Shown here: positions 18,679 through 27,225 of the stretch, piece by piece
Numbering within the stretch: position 1 is the first letter of the stretch
Layout: each line of letters opens with the position of its first letter
Source: Gammaproteobacteria bacterium
GTDB lineage: Bacteria > Pseudomonadota > Gammaproteobacteria > Ga0077536
Direction of reading: 5' to 3'
Assembly (NCBI GenBank): GCA_965217605.1
Contig: CBDCJB010000004.1
Coordinates: 8,015-72,014 of the forward strand
DNA length: 64,000 nt
Notes under the pieces: model-generated
Databases searched by the model: none
What the model saw: the letters and a program-made list of their open reading frames with translations, nothing else
What the model was told of the DNA's origin: nothing
Translations under genes and position numbers: made by a program

Positions 18679-19170
18679 CTAGACGGGTGGGTCGATTCGA
18701 CCTAGCCGTTTCAGCAACCTGCGGCACATTTCCCTCAAGTCGCCACAACAATCACCGTCTGGGTGATTTCTCTCGACCCAACTGACGATCGCGTCCAAGT
18801 TATTCATCATGTGCAAGACATCCACATTTACGCTGAGATCGGAATAGTCTTCTGGCTGTTGTGCCAGTGGGGGCTGGTCAATCCACGCTGCCCCTCCCTT
18901 GGAGTTAAAACCTTGCTCAGGATAATTTGTTTGCCACGTGTGAATCAGGGCATTCTCTAGCAGCCTGATAACTTCTTCGTCTCCCTCAGCAACCACCTTC
19001 CAAGAAAAACCATCGACGCCATATGCTCGGATGGCCTTGTGGAAAAAGGTGTCATCCACCTCTTTCTTAGCGTGGCTTTCGTGCGAACTCCGACGGAGAC
19101 TCAGCGAGTCATTGGTGATGCCGACATATCGTCTCCCACTATCATTGTGCGTCGCCACGTAGCAGATCAT
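18679..19170 (-). CDS. GIY-YIG nuclease-family protein (MICYVATHNDSGRRYVGITNDSLSLRRSSHE...)
   Basis: N-terminal GIY...YIG-like motif (CYV...RYVGIT...RR..H). Low-GC gene in a low-GC patch. Confidence 0.5.
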   Translation of the reverse strand: MICYVATHNDSGRRYVGITNDSLSLRRSSHESHAKKEVDDTFFHKAIRAYGVDGFSWKVVAEGDEEVIRLLENALIHTWQTNYPEQGFNSKGGAAWIDQPPLAQQPEDYSDLSVNVDVLHMMNNLDAIVSWVERNHPDGDCCGDLREMCRRLLKRLGRIDPPV

Positions 19171-19406
19171 TGAATCCTTTTAATTTTTCATACCTGCGAC
19201 CGTGGCGTTTGCGCTAGGGGCTGTAATCGACGCAAAACGGGCTATATTTGACCGACTTGCGACGATAGAGCTTCAGTTCAAGGCATGCGGTTTCGGCGGG
19301 AGTTAACCATCCCCACAATAGTGCGATCGAGATTGCCCCAAAGCTCGGGAGCCGGTCCCCGGCCCGTACCGGGTTGCGATACTCGAAACAGGCTCCCTGA
19401 TTTATT

Positions 19407-19643
19407 TCACGCAGTGAGTTTCAGCAAGCCGAAGGTAATCGCGGCGTTGCCCAAGATGATCGCGATGGCAGTCTGGTAGAGATCGACCTTGGTGGCTTGG
19501 CGCAGTTCAGCCAGGTCCGCTTTGGTCGCGAGCTCGCCTTGCCCTGCGCGGATTGCCTCGGCTATGGCCTCGGCCTGGGCACGGTCCATGCCCGCTGCTT
19601 CCAGGTTACGGGCAGCCTTGAGCGTGTCGAACGTAGTGCTCAT
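19407..19643 (-). CDS. DUF1640-family small protein (coiled-coil N-region, C-terminal TM helix)
   Basis: MSTTFDTLKAARNLEAAGMDRAQAEAIAEAIR...ELATKADLAELR...AIAIILGNAAITFGLLKL is the recognisable DUF1640 pattern. Confidence 0.55.
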   Translation of the reverse strand: MSTTFDTLKAARNLEAAGMDRAQAEAIAEAIRAGQGELATKADLAELRQATKVDLYQTAIAIILGNAAITFGLLKLTA

Positions 19644-19808
19644 GGCGGTAGCGTAGCACGGCTAGTCCACTGCCGTTGCCGCCGGAGCGCTTCACGGCCT
19701 CGACGAATCGGGCCGAAGCACGCACCTGCAAACCGGCCAGTGTTAATTTGCCAGGGCCGCGCTCTAGGCTGCAGGTCGCGCGCGTTCGGCTGTCTCGAAA
19801 CGGCGCCC

Positions 19809-19831
19809 AAATTCCCCAATTTGGGTAATTT
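19809..19831. promoter_or_regulatory. 23-bp imperfect palindrome AAATTCCCCAATTTGGGTAATTT, copy 1 (intergenic); putative dimeric regulator operator
   Basis: Exact second copy at 23366-23388. 20 of 23 positions are self-complementary. Confidence 0.5.
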
Positions 19832-19999
19832 CATTCCGGACGCCCTCAAGGTTTCGAGATCACGAAGGCATACCGCCACGCGGCGCGTGAGCACTTGGCC
19901 ACGGCTCGCAGTATTCGGTACGGTAAAAGAGACAAATTGTCCCTTTTCGTTCGGCATGGGGCGCCGATTTTCAAGGTTGCGTTACCGTTCCGCCAAGCC

Positions 20000-20026
20000 G
20001 TGATGGCCGTGACGAAAGTGCAAGGC
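20000..20026. repeat. 27-bp inverted repeat arm A (GTGATGGCCGTGACGAAAGTGCAAGGC); partner at 20796-20822
   Basis: 24 of 27 positions match the reverse complement of 20796-20822. The arms bracket ~770 bp holding one minus-strand ORF. Confidence 0.8.
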
Positions 20027-20036
20027 CACCCGTCAG

Positions 20037-20806
20037 TCAGTCTTCAATCTCTACGTCGCCAAGATCCTCTCCGATGCGCCGAAAGACAGAACGGGACAGG
20101 TGGGTCAGGGCGCCGTAGTTCCGGTTGTGCTTTGGTGGCTCTTTTGCGTATTTCTCCCACTGTCCCGGAGTCACCTTGTACAGATTGAAGGCACCGTCCA
20201 CAGTCTGTGATGCACAGATGATGTAGTCCACGCGATCTCGCATTGTGTTCGTGAGTCCGCATTGAGTGGTCGCTGGCTTCGCACACTTGATCGCGACGCG
20301 TTTGCCATCAAGCATGAATTCGTTGGCCATCGGTTGGTCGGCAGCTTTTTCAGCTTGGAGCACCGCGGCGATCTTCCGCGCGGTCCGGATTCCCCACTGC
20401 TGAGCGCGTTGTCCAGACACGGTGTCCTGCCCCCCAGATGCATCCTCTTTCGCAGGTGTCGGCACTGCGCCCGGTGCAATCTCGCTTCCTGAGAGCGCTT
20501 GCTCCACAAGCACCGCAATAGCGTTCGAGCGCGTTAACTCGTGCACTTGGGCGAACCTGTCTACACCAGCGAGCACACGTTCAGGAATTCGGACTCCCAA
20601 AGTTTGGCTTCCCGTCACGGCTTGTCTTCTCCTCGGATTACCGATGGTGCACACCCTATACGACGGGGTACCCTTTGTCAACAGGGGGTGCACACGCTTA
20701 AAGAGCGTCGAAGGGGATCCCGTTCGGTCAAGGGGATGAAGCCGTCTCCGTCGTCGGCGGGATTTCCGTGTTCTAAAGCGGCCGCAGTCGGCTTTGCCCT
20801 GCGCTT
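20037..20806 (-). CDS. hypothetical protein with an RHH/Arc-like segment (TLGVRIPERVLAGVDRFAQVHELTRSNAIAVLVEQAL). N-terminal extent uncertain, since the ORF-track N-terminus is Arg-rich junk
   Basis: Open frame. The RHH-like segment and the C-terminal domain are separated by a Pro/Gly linker. Confidence 0.35.
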
Positions 20807-20822
20807 TCGTCACAGCCATCAC
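20796..20822. repeat. 27-bp inverted repeat arm B
   Basis: See 20000-20026. Confidence 0.8.
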
Positions 20823-21048
20823 CACGACCGATCTCCTCCCACAGCGGCCGTTCACTAGCTCGGTCCATCCAGTTCATCACGATTTGACGGAACGGTTATT
20901 TTCTTTCAGGCGGGGCGCGAGCACGGCCATTCCGGCCGCGCGCAAGCGCCACGCCCCAGCCGCCTTATTCGGCTTGGCTATGGGGCAGAGGTGGATCCCT
21001 TGAAAATCAATGCTTTAAGTCTAGAAAACTCCCCGGTTGTGCAACCGC

Positions 21049-22239
21049 TCAATCGCTATCATCGCGGCGCTTGCTGGCAGCCTCGGCCGGCAGTATTCGC
21101 CAGCCTACTTCTCCCGTTCGATCGTCAACCGCTCCCCGCTCAACTACCACAAGGCCCGGTAGGTCGTCCCATGATTTTTCAACTTCGGCCCGCGTGCGGT
21201 GTTTGCGATCGCGCTCGCCGAACGCCAGGCGGCGCATATCCTCGGCAGTCAAGATCGGGTAATCGTGCGGATCGCGGCTCCATCCGTAGCGGCCGCGGCG
21301 CTTCGGTACCGGCCGGCGCGTTTTGCCGGGCAGCCATGCGAGTGCGTGCGCCGCGATATAGGCCCGCCAACGCGGCGCAGAATCAACGCTCAGGCGATCC
21401 AGCGTCGGGAGGTCAATCACCGGCCCATCGCTCGCGCCGGGCGGGTACGCCACATCAAGGACAATGTGATCGTCCAAGCTCGGCAGCCCTCGCGGAGCTT
21501 CGAACGGCAGACGGCGTAGCGCGAGCATGAACCATCGGCCGCCGTCCGGTAAGCGAATCGTGTAATCGCGCGCTCCCATCAACGCGGCCTTGAGCCGGGG
21601 CCAGTGTTTACCGATCCGCCAGCCATGCGGAAATAAACCGTCGCGCAGCTCGCGGACAGTGATCGCCATGCGCACGAATTGGAGCTTGCGATCGGCGGGT
21701 TTGACAGATAGGCCGGTGCGAACGAACAGCCGGGCGGATAGCGGGGCGCCGCGCCCTTGTGCCATCACAGGCACACCGGCCGCGTCGGCAATGTCCAAGA
21801 TCGCAACAGACTTGCGAACGGGCACGGCCTCGAAAAGCGGAAGTTCGGCTTGCGCTCGCCCTTCGACAAGTCCACCGAATAGCATTCCCCGCTGGCGTTC
21901 GGGGCGGCTATCAGCATCGCGGACAACAGTTAGGACGCGGCGATCTTTCCGGGTCTCCGGTTCAACCTCGCGCGGCCGATCCTGCCATGCGCGAACGGTA
22001 GCGCCGAGCGGGTGCGTCCCGCGCTCGCGAGCGTTTAGCCACAAGCCATGCACCATCCGGATCGCGGCTTCTTGGCAAGGCATAAAGGCGCAGAATTCCG
22101 CCACGGCCGGGATCGCGTCGGCCGGACAGTCGGCGCCATCGTGATCATTGTGCCAAGCGGCGCGCGCTACCGCCTCGAGAATCTCTCCCGCCGAATGAGC
22201 GCCGATCACCGCCTTGTCGAATGCCGCCCCGTCAGACAC
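21049..22239 (-). CDS. hypothetical protein (396 aa), high GC, possibly replication/primase-like island protein
   Basis: Long ORF with no recognised motif. The function guess rests only on context. Confidence 0.45.
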   Translation of the reverse strand: MSDGAAFDKAVIGAHSAGEILEAVARAAWHNDHDGADCPADAIPAVAEFCAFMPCQEAAIRMVHGLWLNARERGTHPLGATVRAWQDRPREVEPETRKDRRVLTVVRDADSRPERQRGMLFGGLVEGRAQAELPLFEAVPVRKSVAILDIADAAGVPVMAQGRGAPLSARLFVRTGLSVKPADRKLQFVRMAITVRELRDGLFPHGWRIGKHWPRLKAALMGARDYTIRLPDGGRWFMLALRRLPFEAPRGLPSLDDHIVLDVAYPPGASDGPVIDLPTLDRLSVDSAPRWRAYIAAHALAWLPGKTRRPVPKRRGRYGWSRDPHDYPILTAEDMRRLAFGERDRKHRTRAEVEKSWDDLPGLVVVERGAVDDRTGEVGWRILPAEAASKRRDDSD

Positions 22240-22807
22240 TTTTAGCCCGCTCGGATTGATTATCAGAATGCGAGTTCTGAGAAGGATCCCGGCCTTCTCG
22301 CCGGCGTTACGGGCGGTGGCTAATGAGGTTCGCGGCGGAGCAACTGATTTAGCGAAAGGCGTAAATCTGCCCGCGCTTTGTCCATTGCGTTATTTGCTTT
22401 CTCGTCGCCCTGGTCAGCCCGCCAATTAAGAAAATTACGAAATGACATGGATCTGCGAACTGATATAGATTGCCCAGATTGCGGCCCCTTCCAGGGACAG
22501 GTAGTTACCTTGTGACATTTTGCATGCTCAACTCGGCCAACACGTTTTAGGAATATCAAAAATGGACATCCCTATATCCCACCTATACAAGCCCATCCCC
22601 AAGGGTCATTGGTGCTTTATCGCCAAAAAGGTCGAGGCAGCTCGAGCCGCTGAAACCAAGCCCGAGGGCGAGCCGATTGTCTATTTCACGACGCTCAGCG
22701 GCTGCGATCAGCCGCTGGCCAAGCTGGCGGCTTAGGAGAAGAAGATGCAACCACGATAATCCTAATCGTCTCCGCCCCAGCCTTCGCCGAGTGGGGACGC
22801 CATCAGC

Positions 22808-23173
22808 CTAGAACGGCGGCGCACCCAACTTCCACGTAGGCAAATAGTCACTGGCCACATAGCCTCCGGCGCATTCGTTTCTGAGGTATCTGTATGCTTC
22901 CGACCGTTCTTCCACCGGCATTCCTTTCACGGCTTTTTCTGTGTCCCATGCCAAGCGGTTGAAATTTCCGCCCTCCATCTCGCTGTGAAGCTGAAGGGCG
23001 ATTTCGTCTATATTACCCACGCTTGCGCCTTGGTCTTCTGCGATTTGATACATGCAGGGCATCCACACCCAGGAAAACACTTCATCCCTGTAATTGATGT
23101 CGGCATAGATTGGAGCGGCGATGAGCACAGCAAGCGCCAGTGCACTCGCGAAGGACGCGGTTAGTTGCTTCAT
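22808..23173 (-). CDS. small secreted protein (signal peptide MKQLTASFASALALAVLIAAPIYA)
   Basis: Signal peptide at the internal Met. Low-GC gene. Confidence 0.45.
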   Translation of the reverse strand: MKQLTASFASALALAVLIAAPIYADINYRDEVFSWVWMPCMYQIAEDQGASVGNIDEIALQLHSEMEGGNFNRLAWDTEKAVKGMPVEERSEAYRYLRNECAGGYVASDYLPTWKLGAPPF

Positions 23174-23365
23174 ACTGCGGTGATATCCCCACCTATTCAC
23201 CAAGGCCAGGGGAGCTACCCCGAGCCGGACCGGGCGGGGCCGTAGTCTTGGCACGACTGCGCCATATTATTACGGCAACTGTCGCGACTCCGCAAGAGCA
23301 GAGGATAGGCTCGCCGCTTCGCCGTGAGCGTCACGCTGCGGATCCCGTGCCGATCGAGTCGGTTG

Positions 23366-23388
23366 AAATTCCCCAATTTGGGTAATTT
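23366..23388. promoter_or_regulatory. 23-bp palindrome copy 2, ~130 bp upstream of the terminase-small-like gene
   Basis: Identical to 19809-19831. Confidence 0.5.
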
Positions 23389-23518
23389 GAGCGCCGCGAT
23401 CGCTTATTAGAATCGACATTCCGATAATCGATTTTTTGCCCGATGCGCGGACGCGATCGCTATTGATATAATTCTGGCGGGCAGCTTGGTGCCTTTTAGA
23501 AGCTCTAAAAACTCCGAA

Positions 23519-23783
23519 ATGTCCCGCCGAACGAAATTGACTCGCGAACGGATCGAGACGCTGGCCGGATATGTGGCGAACGGCTGCACGAACCGCGACG
23601 CGGCGCGACTGAGCGGGATCGCGGAATCCACCCTTTACCATTGGCTTGGCATTGCACGAGAGCATGAGCACGAGGGGCGGACCCGGACGCTGCCGGTTCA
23701 ACTGGCGCGCGCTGGAAGAAGCCGAGGCCGGATTCCGCCGAGCGCAGCTTGAGGTTATCCGGCGGGCGGCGTCGGAATCGACT
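23519..23783 (+). pseudogene. phage-related HTH protein fragment (terminase small subunit-like: MSRRTKLTRERIETLAGYVANGCTNRDAARLSGIAESTLYHWL...), frameshifted and 3'-truncated by IS3
   Basis: HTH pattern typical of small terminase or Nu1-like N-termini. The coding sequence runs into the truncated IS3 copy at ~23784. Confidence 0.3.
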
Positions 23784-24472
23784 GTTCAGCGCCAACGTGA
23801 TCAGGCGGTCTCGCACGGTATCGGGGATCCGGTTCCACACCCGCCCCGGCAGGGGCGCTTGGTCCTGCAGCGCCACTTCTCCGTCATGACGATAGTGTGC
23901 GTACCAACGGTAGAAGGTGGTGCGTGGAACGCCCAACATAGCCAGGGTTTGCTTGGCCGGCAGGTGCGATCGCTCCACCAACCGAATGATCTCAAGCTTC
24001 TCGGCGGCTGAATACCTCATTGCAGGTCGTCCCCATCCCCGAGCCTGTTTTTTTTGAGCAGCCGCAGTTCCAGCGTTTGCTCGGCGACCACTTCCTTGAG
24101 ATCTCGGGCGTCACGCCGAAGCGCCGTGACGTCACTGGTGTTGGCCTGGCGAACAAGGTCCCCGGCCAGGCGCTGCTTGCCGGCTTCCATGAAGTCCTTG
24201 GACCCTTTGTAATATAGGCTTTGAGCAATACCTTCTCGTCGGCACAGCTCCGCCATGCTGGCTTCGCCACGCACGCCGTCCACTACGATGCGTATTTTCT
24301 CCTCCGCACTGGTTTGCTTGCGCGTGTTGCGCTTGATGTCACGAATGATTTTTTCTAACGACGACGTTCGTCCTGTCGGTCTCTGTTTCATCTCAACTCC
24401 TCAGGTTAGGATGAACAAAAACTCTCCCTTAAACCAGCGCTATATCTGTCCCATAGGCGCTGACGGCATACA
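23784..24472 (-). mobile_element. IS3-family element, copy 1, truncated: orfA plus the first ~80 codons of orfB; left terminus TGTATGCCGTCAGCGCC (RC) at 24472
   Basis: Identical to the complete copy at 49809-51378 down to position 23784. Confidence 0.8.
24017..24391 (-). CDS. IS3-family transposase OrfA (HTH)
   Basis: MKQRPTGRTSS...EEKIRIVVDGVRGEASMAELCRREGIAQSLYYKG... ATGA overlap with orfB. Confidence 0.85.
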   Translation of the reverse strand: MKQRPTGRTSSLEKIIRDIKRNTRKQTSAEEKIRIVVDGVRGEASMAELCRREGIAQSLYYKGSKDFMEAGKQRLAGDLVRQANTSDVTALRRDARDLKEVVAEQTLELRLLKKNRLGDGDDLQ

Positions 24473-24500
24473 CCACTGACCATTTTGTCTCCGGGATTTA
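24473..24500. repeat. solo IS21-type terminal repeat (RC = TAAATCCCGGAGACAAAATGGTCAGTGG) abutting the IS3 end
   Basis: 26 of 28 nt identical to the left terminus of the IS21 element at 12202. Confidence 0.6.
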
Positions 24501-24502
24501 CA

Positions 24503-24655
24503 TGCAAGTTGACGCCACTCGGTCAGGGCAGCAGCTCGGTCTTGTTTGAAAATATCGGGGTGGTCGAGATGGCGTTCGTGGTTGAAGTGGTTGTAGATTG
24601 AGGCGTGGGCTGCAGCAAACTTCTGGAGAGTCTTGATGTCCCTGAACCTGGCCAT
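24503..24655 (-). pseudogene. DDE transposase C-terminal fragment (ARFRDIKTLQKFAAAHASIYNHFNHERHL...), IS6-like
   Basis: Resembles the conserved C-terminal block of IS6/IS26-type transposases. The call comes from pattern memory only. Confidence 0.3.
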
Positions 24656-24964
24656 TGCCTGTTAACGGCGGCGGAATAATGGCCCACGCGAGGCGCAACG
24701 GGTCTTTTTGCATGGCACTGTTCGACCCTTGGGCAAGATGTTAGTCGCGGAACTGTCCGCGAAATTGGAAACGGAGATCGCGCTGAACTTCGATCAGCTT
24801 TACATGCATGACCTAGTGGGCCGCGCCCAAGCGTTTCAAAAGCTGGTCGCCGGTGGGATGGACGTGGGGAAGGCGGCGGCGCTCTCGGGGCTTATGGCGG
24901 GCGAGGCGGCGTGATGGTCGGGCTAGTAGTACGGCACGCCGGGAACCTTCGGGGCAAACGGCCC

Positions 24965-25699
24965 TCATTCTCCCGAATGGAATGTGTTGCGCCAGAGCTG
25001 GTGTGCTCGGGCAAACTTTTCACGCGTCGCTAGTGCATCGACCCACGTCTCGGCAAAGAAGTGATCTAAAAACTGTCCAGCTAGACCAGCGAGTTGCCCC
25101 ATCTCCGACAGAACCGCCTTAAGAAAACGCTTCTCAATGAAAGGTCCGATCACCGCATCGCCGTCCTTGTTTGGACGCATCATGAAGGCAGACTTCATCG
25201 TGGGATGTGCCGCGAATTCGGAAAACCGGCGATAATGCTCCTCACGCTTCTTGGCTTTGAATCCGTCACGGGTATCGAGGGCATCGCGCACAGCGAACGG
25301 AGAGAAGTGCTTCTTACGCTCCTTCTCGTCAGCTTGGCGCCAGCAGCTGATCATTGCGGCGTCCCTCCGGAACAGATCCAGCAGGAATGTCGTTTCCAGA
25401 ATGTCTCGCATGATCAAAGCGCTGTTCTGTCCGTAGCCGGAAAGAGCGAGCTTTAGGCTCGCACCGAAGGCGTTGAAAATCCGCATTCCCAATATCTGGA
25501 TCACCTTCATGTCCTCGTCCTCGGTGGGGTACTTTCGAAGAAGGTCTGCCAGATCTATTGCAGCCTCGATCACAACAAGGTGTAACTCGAGTTGGCTGTC
25601 AGGCTCTACGAACTCATACGCCTTTCGGCGTAGCGCTTCCTCGTGAGTGTGGAGGGTGAATAAGTTCTCCAATTTTGGGGACAAAATCATGCTGCTCAT
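24965..25699 (-). CDS. hypothetical protein (244 aa), low GC, adjacent to the tRNA-Asn 3' end
   Basis: ORF with protein-like composition and no recognised domain. Confidence 0.45.
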   Translation of the reverse strand: MSSMILSPKLENLFTLHTHEEALRRKAYEFVEPDSQLELHLVVIEAAIDLADLLRKYPTEDEDMKVIQILGMRIFNAFGASLKLALSGYGQNSALIMRDILETTFLLDLFRRDAAMISCWRQADEKERKKHFSPFAVRDALDTRDGFKAKKREEHYRRFSEFAAHPTMKSAFMMRPNKDGDAVIGPFIEKRFLKAVLSEMGQLAGLAGQFLDHFFAETWVDALATREKFARAHQLWRNTFHSGE

Positions 25700-25789
25700 T
25701 TAGGCGTTACTGATTGGGGTTTGTCGGTGACATCCCGGTGACACGAACCTCAAGCAGCGCCACAGAATGATCGTAAAGACCTGATTTAA

Positions 25790-25865
25790 TGGCTCCCCGG
25801 GACGGGCTCGAACCGCCGACCTAGTGATTAACAGTCACCCGCTCTACCAACTGAGCTACCGGGGA
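25790..25865 (-). tRNA. tRNA-Asn (GTT)
   Basis: Cloverleaf read on the minus strand: UCCCCGG acceptor, anticodon loop CUGUUAAUC, TPsiC GGTTCGAGC, 3' CCA. Confidence 0.9.
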
Positions 25866-25922
25866 ATCGGTGGGAGGCGCGTATGGTACTGAGGCCCCAA
25901 TTAGGGGTCAATTACGCCGCGT

Positions 25923-27140
25923 TCAAGCCAGTGATTCTTGCAGACGCGCCGTCGCGTCCTTCAGTACGTCCATACTCGTCGCATACGAAAAGCGCATGCA
26001 GCCCGGCGCACCGAAAGCCGATCCGGGTACACCGGCGACGCCCGCGTGCTCGAGCAGATATTCCGCCAACTGAATATCGTCATTCATATCGGCAGCGCGT
26101 TCGATAACTCCACTGAGATCCGGAAACGTATAAAACGTGCCGGCGGAAGCTTGCACGGTGACGCCCTCGATGCGGTCCAACTCGCGTACGAGGAAATCGT
26201 GGCGCTGCTTAAAAATCTCACAATTGTTGCGCAGCGATGCCTGATCGCCTTTCAATGCGGCCGTTGCCGCAACCTGCGCGATCGAGGTCGGGTTCGATGT
26301 GCTTTGCGATTGAATTTTCTTCATTGCCGCGATGAGGCTTGCCGGGCCAGCCGCATAGCCGATGCGCCAACCGGTCATCGCGTAGGCTTTGGATACGCCA
26401 TTGAGGACCACGGTGTGCTCGTGTAGTTGCGGCACGGCATTCAAGATGTTGGCGAAGGGTTCACCGGACCACAGGATGTGCTCGTAGATATCGTCCGTGG
26501 CGATGACGACATCCGGGTAATCGACCAGAACACTGCCCAGCGCCTCCAACTCGACGCGACTGTACACCGCGCCGGTGGGATTCGAGGGACTGTTCAATAT
26601 CAAAAGGCGCGAGCGTTCATTGATCGCGCCGCGTAATTGCTCTGCGGTGATCTTGAAACGGCTCGCGATATCGGTGCGGATAATGACCGGCGCCGCTCCG
26701 GCCAGGCGCGCCATATCCGGGTAGGACACCCAGTATGGCGCAGGAATGATGGCTTCGTCCCCATCGTTCAATAGCGCCTGCATCAAGTTGTAGATGCTGT
26801 GCTTACAACCGGACGACACCAGGATCTGTTCCGGCTCGAACCGCAGGCCATTCTCCCGCTCGAACTTCTGCACGACCGCTTCCTTGAGTTCTAGCGTGCC
26901 ATCCACCCCGGTGTACTTCGTGAACCCATCATTGATCGCGATGATTGCCGCCGCTTTGACATGCTCTGGCGTGTCGAAATCCGGTTCGCCCGCGGCAAGA
27001 CTTAAGATGTCGCGGCCCGCGCGTTTCAATTCCGCCGCCTTCGCCGACACTGCCATCGTCGGCGACGGCTTGACGCTTTGCGCGCGTTGTGACGGCTTGA
27101 TGTCCAAGATGGATACGACTCCTCGCTCGTTTACGTCCAC
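25923..27140 (-). CDS. aspC: class I PLP-dependent aspartate/aromatic aminotransferase
   Basis: GEPDFDTP, NSPSNPTG and the SKAYAMTGWRIGY Lys motif. Confidence 0.85.
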   Translation of the reverse strand: MDVNERGVVSILDIKPSQRAQSVKPSPTMAVSAKAAELKRAGRDILSLAAGEPDFDTPEHVKAAAIIAINDGFTKYTGVDGTLELKEAVVQKFERENGLRFEPEQILVSSGCKHSIYNLMQALLNDGDEAIIPAPYWVSYPDMARLAGAAPVIIRTDIASRFKITAEQLRGAINERSRLLILNSPSNPTGAVYSRVELEALGSVLVDYPDVVIATDDIYEHILWSGEPFANILNAVPQLHEHTVVLNGVSKAYAMTGWRIGYAAGPASLIAAMKKIQSQSTSNPTSIAQVAATAALKGDQASLRNNCEIFKQRHDFLVRELDRIEGVTVQASAGTFYTFPDLSGVIERAADMNDDIQLAEYLLEHAGVAGVPGSAFGAPGCMRFSYATSMDVLKDATARLQESLA

Positions 27141-27225
27141 GTAGCAGCGGGTCGTGTACTATACGGACTCCTGACGACCTCGCAACCGCGGCGCCTACGC
27201 GCCTTACCCGATTGATGATCACTCG

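Noticed and set aside
20044-20518. Short minus and plus ORFs nested in 20037-20855
   Set aside because: Alternative frames of the same region with low-complexity Arg/Pro composition.
25790-25865. Direct repeat of the tRNA-Asn 3' end at the far side of the island (attR)
   Set aside because: I could not find a copy of GGCTCCCCGGGACGGGCTCGAACC at lower coordinates by eye. A proper repeat search is needed, so I left it as a check and did not call it a feature.
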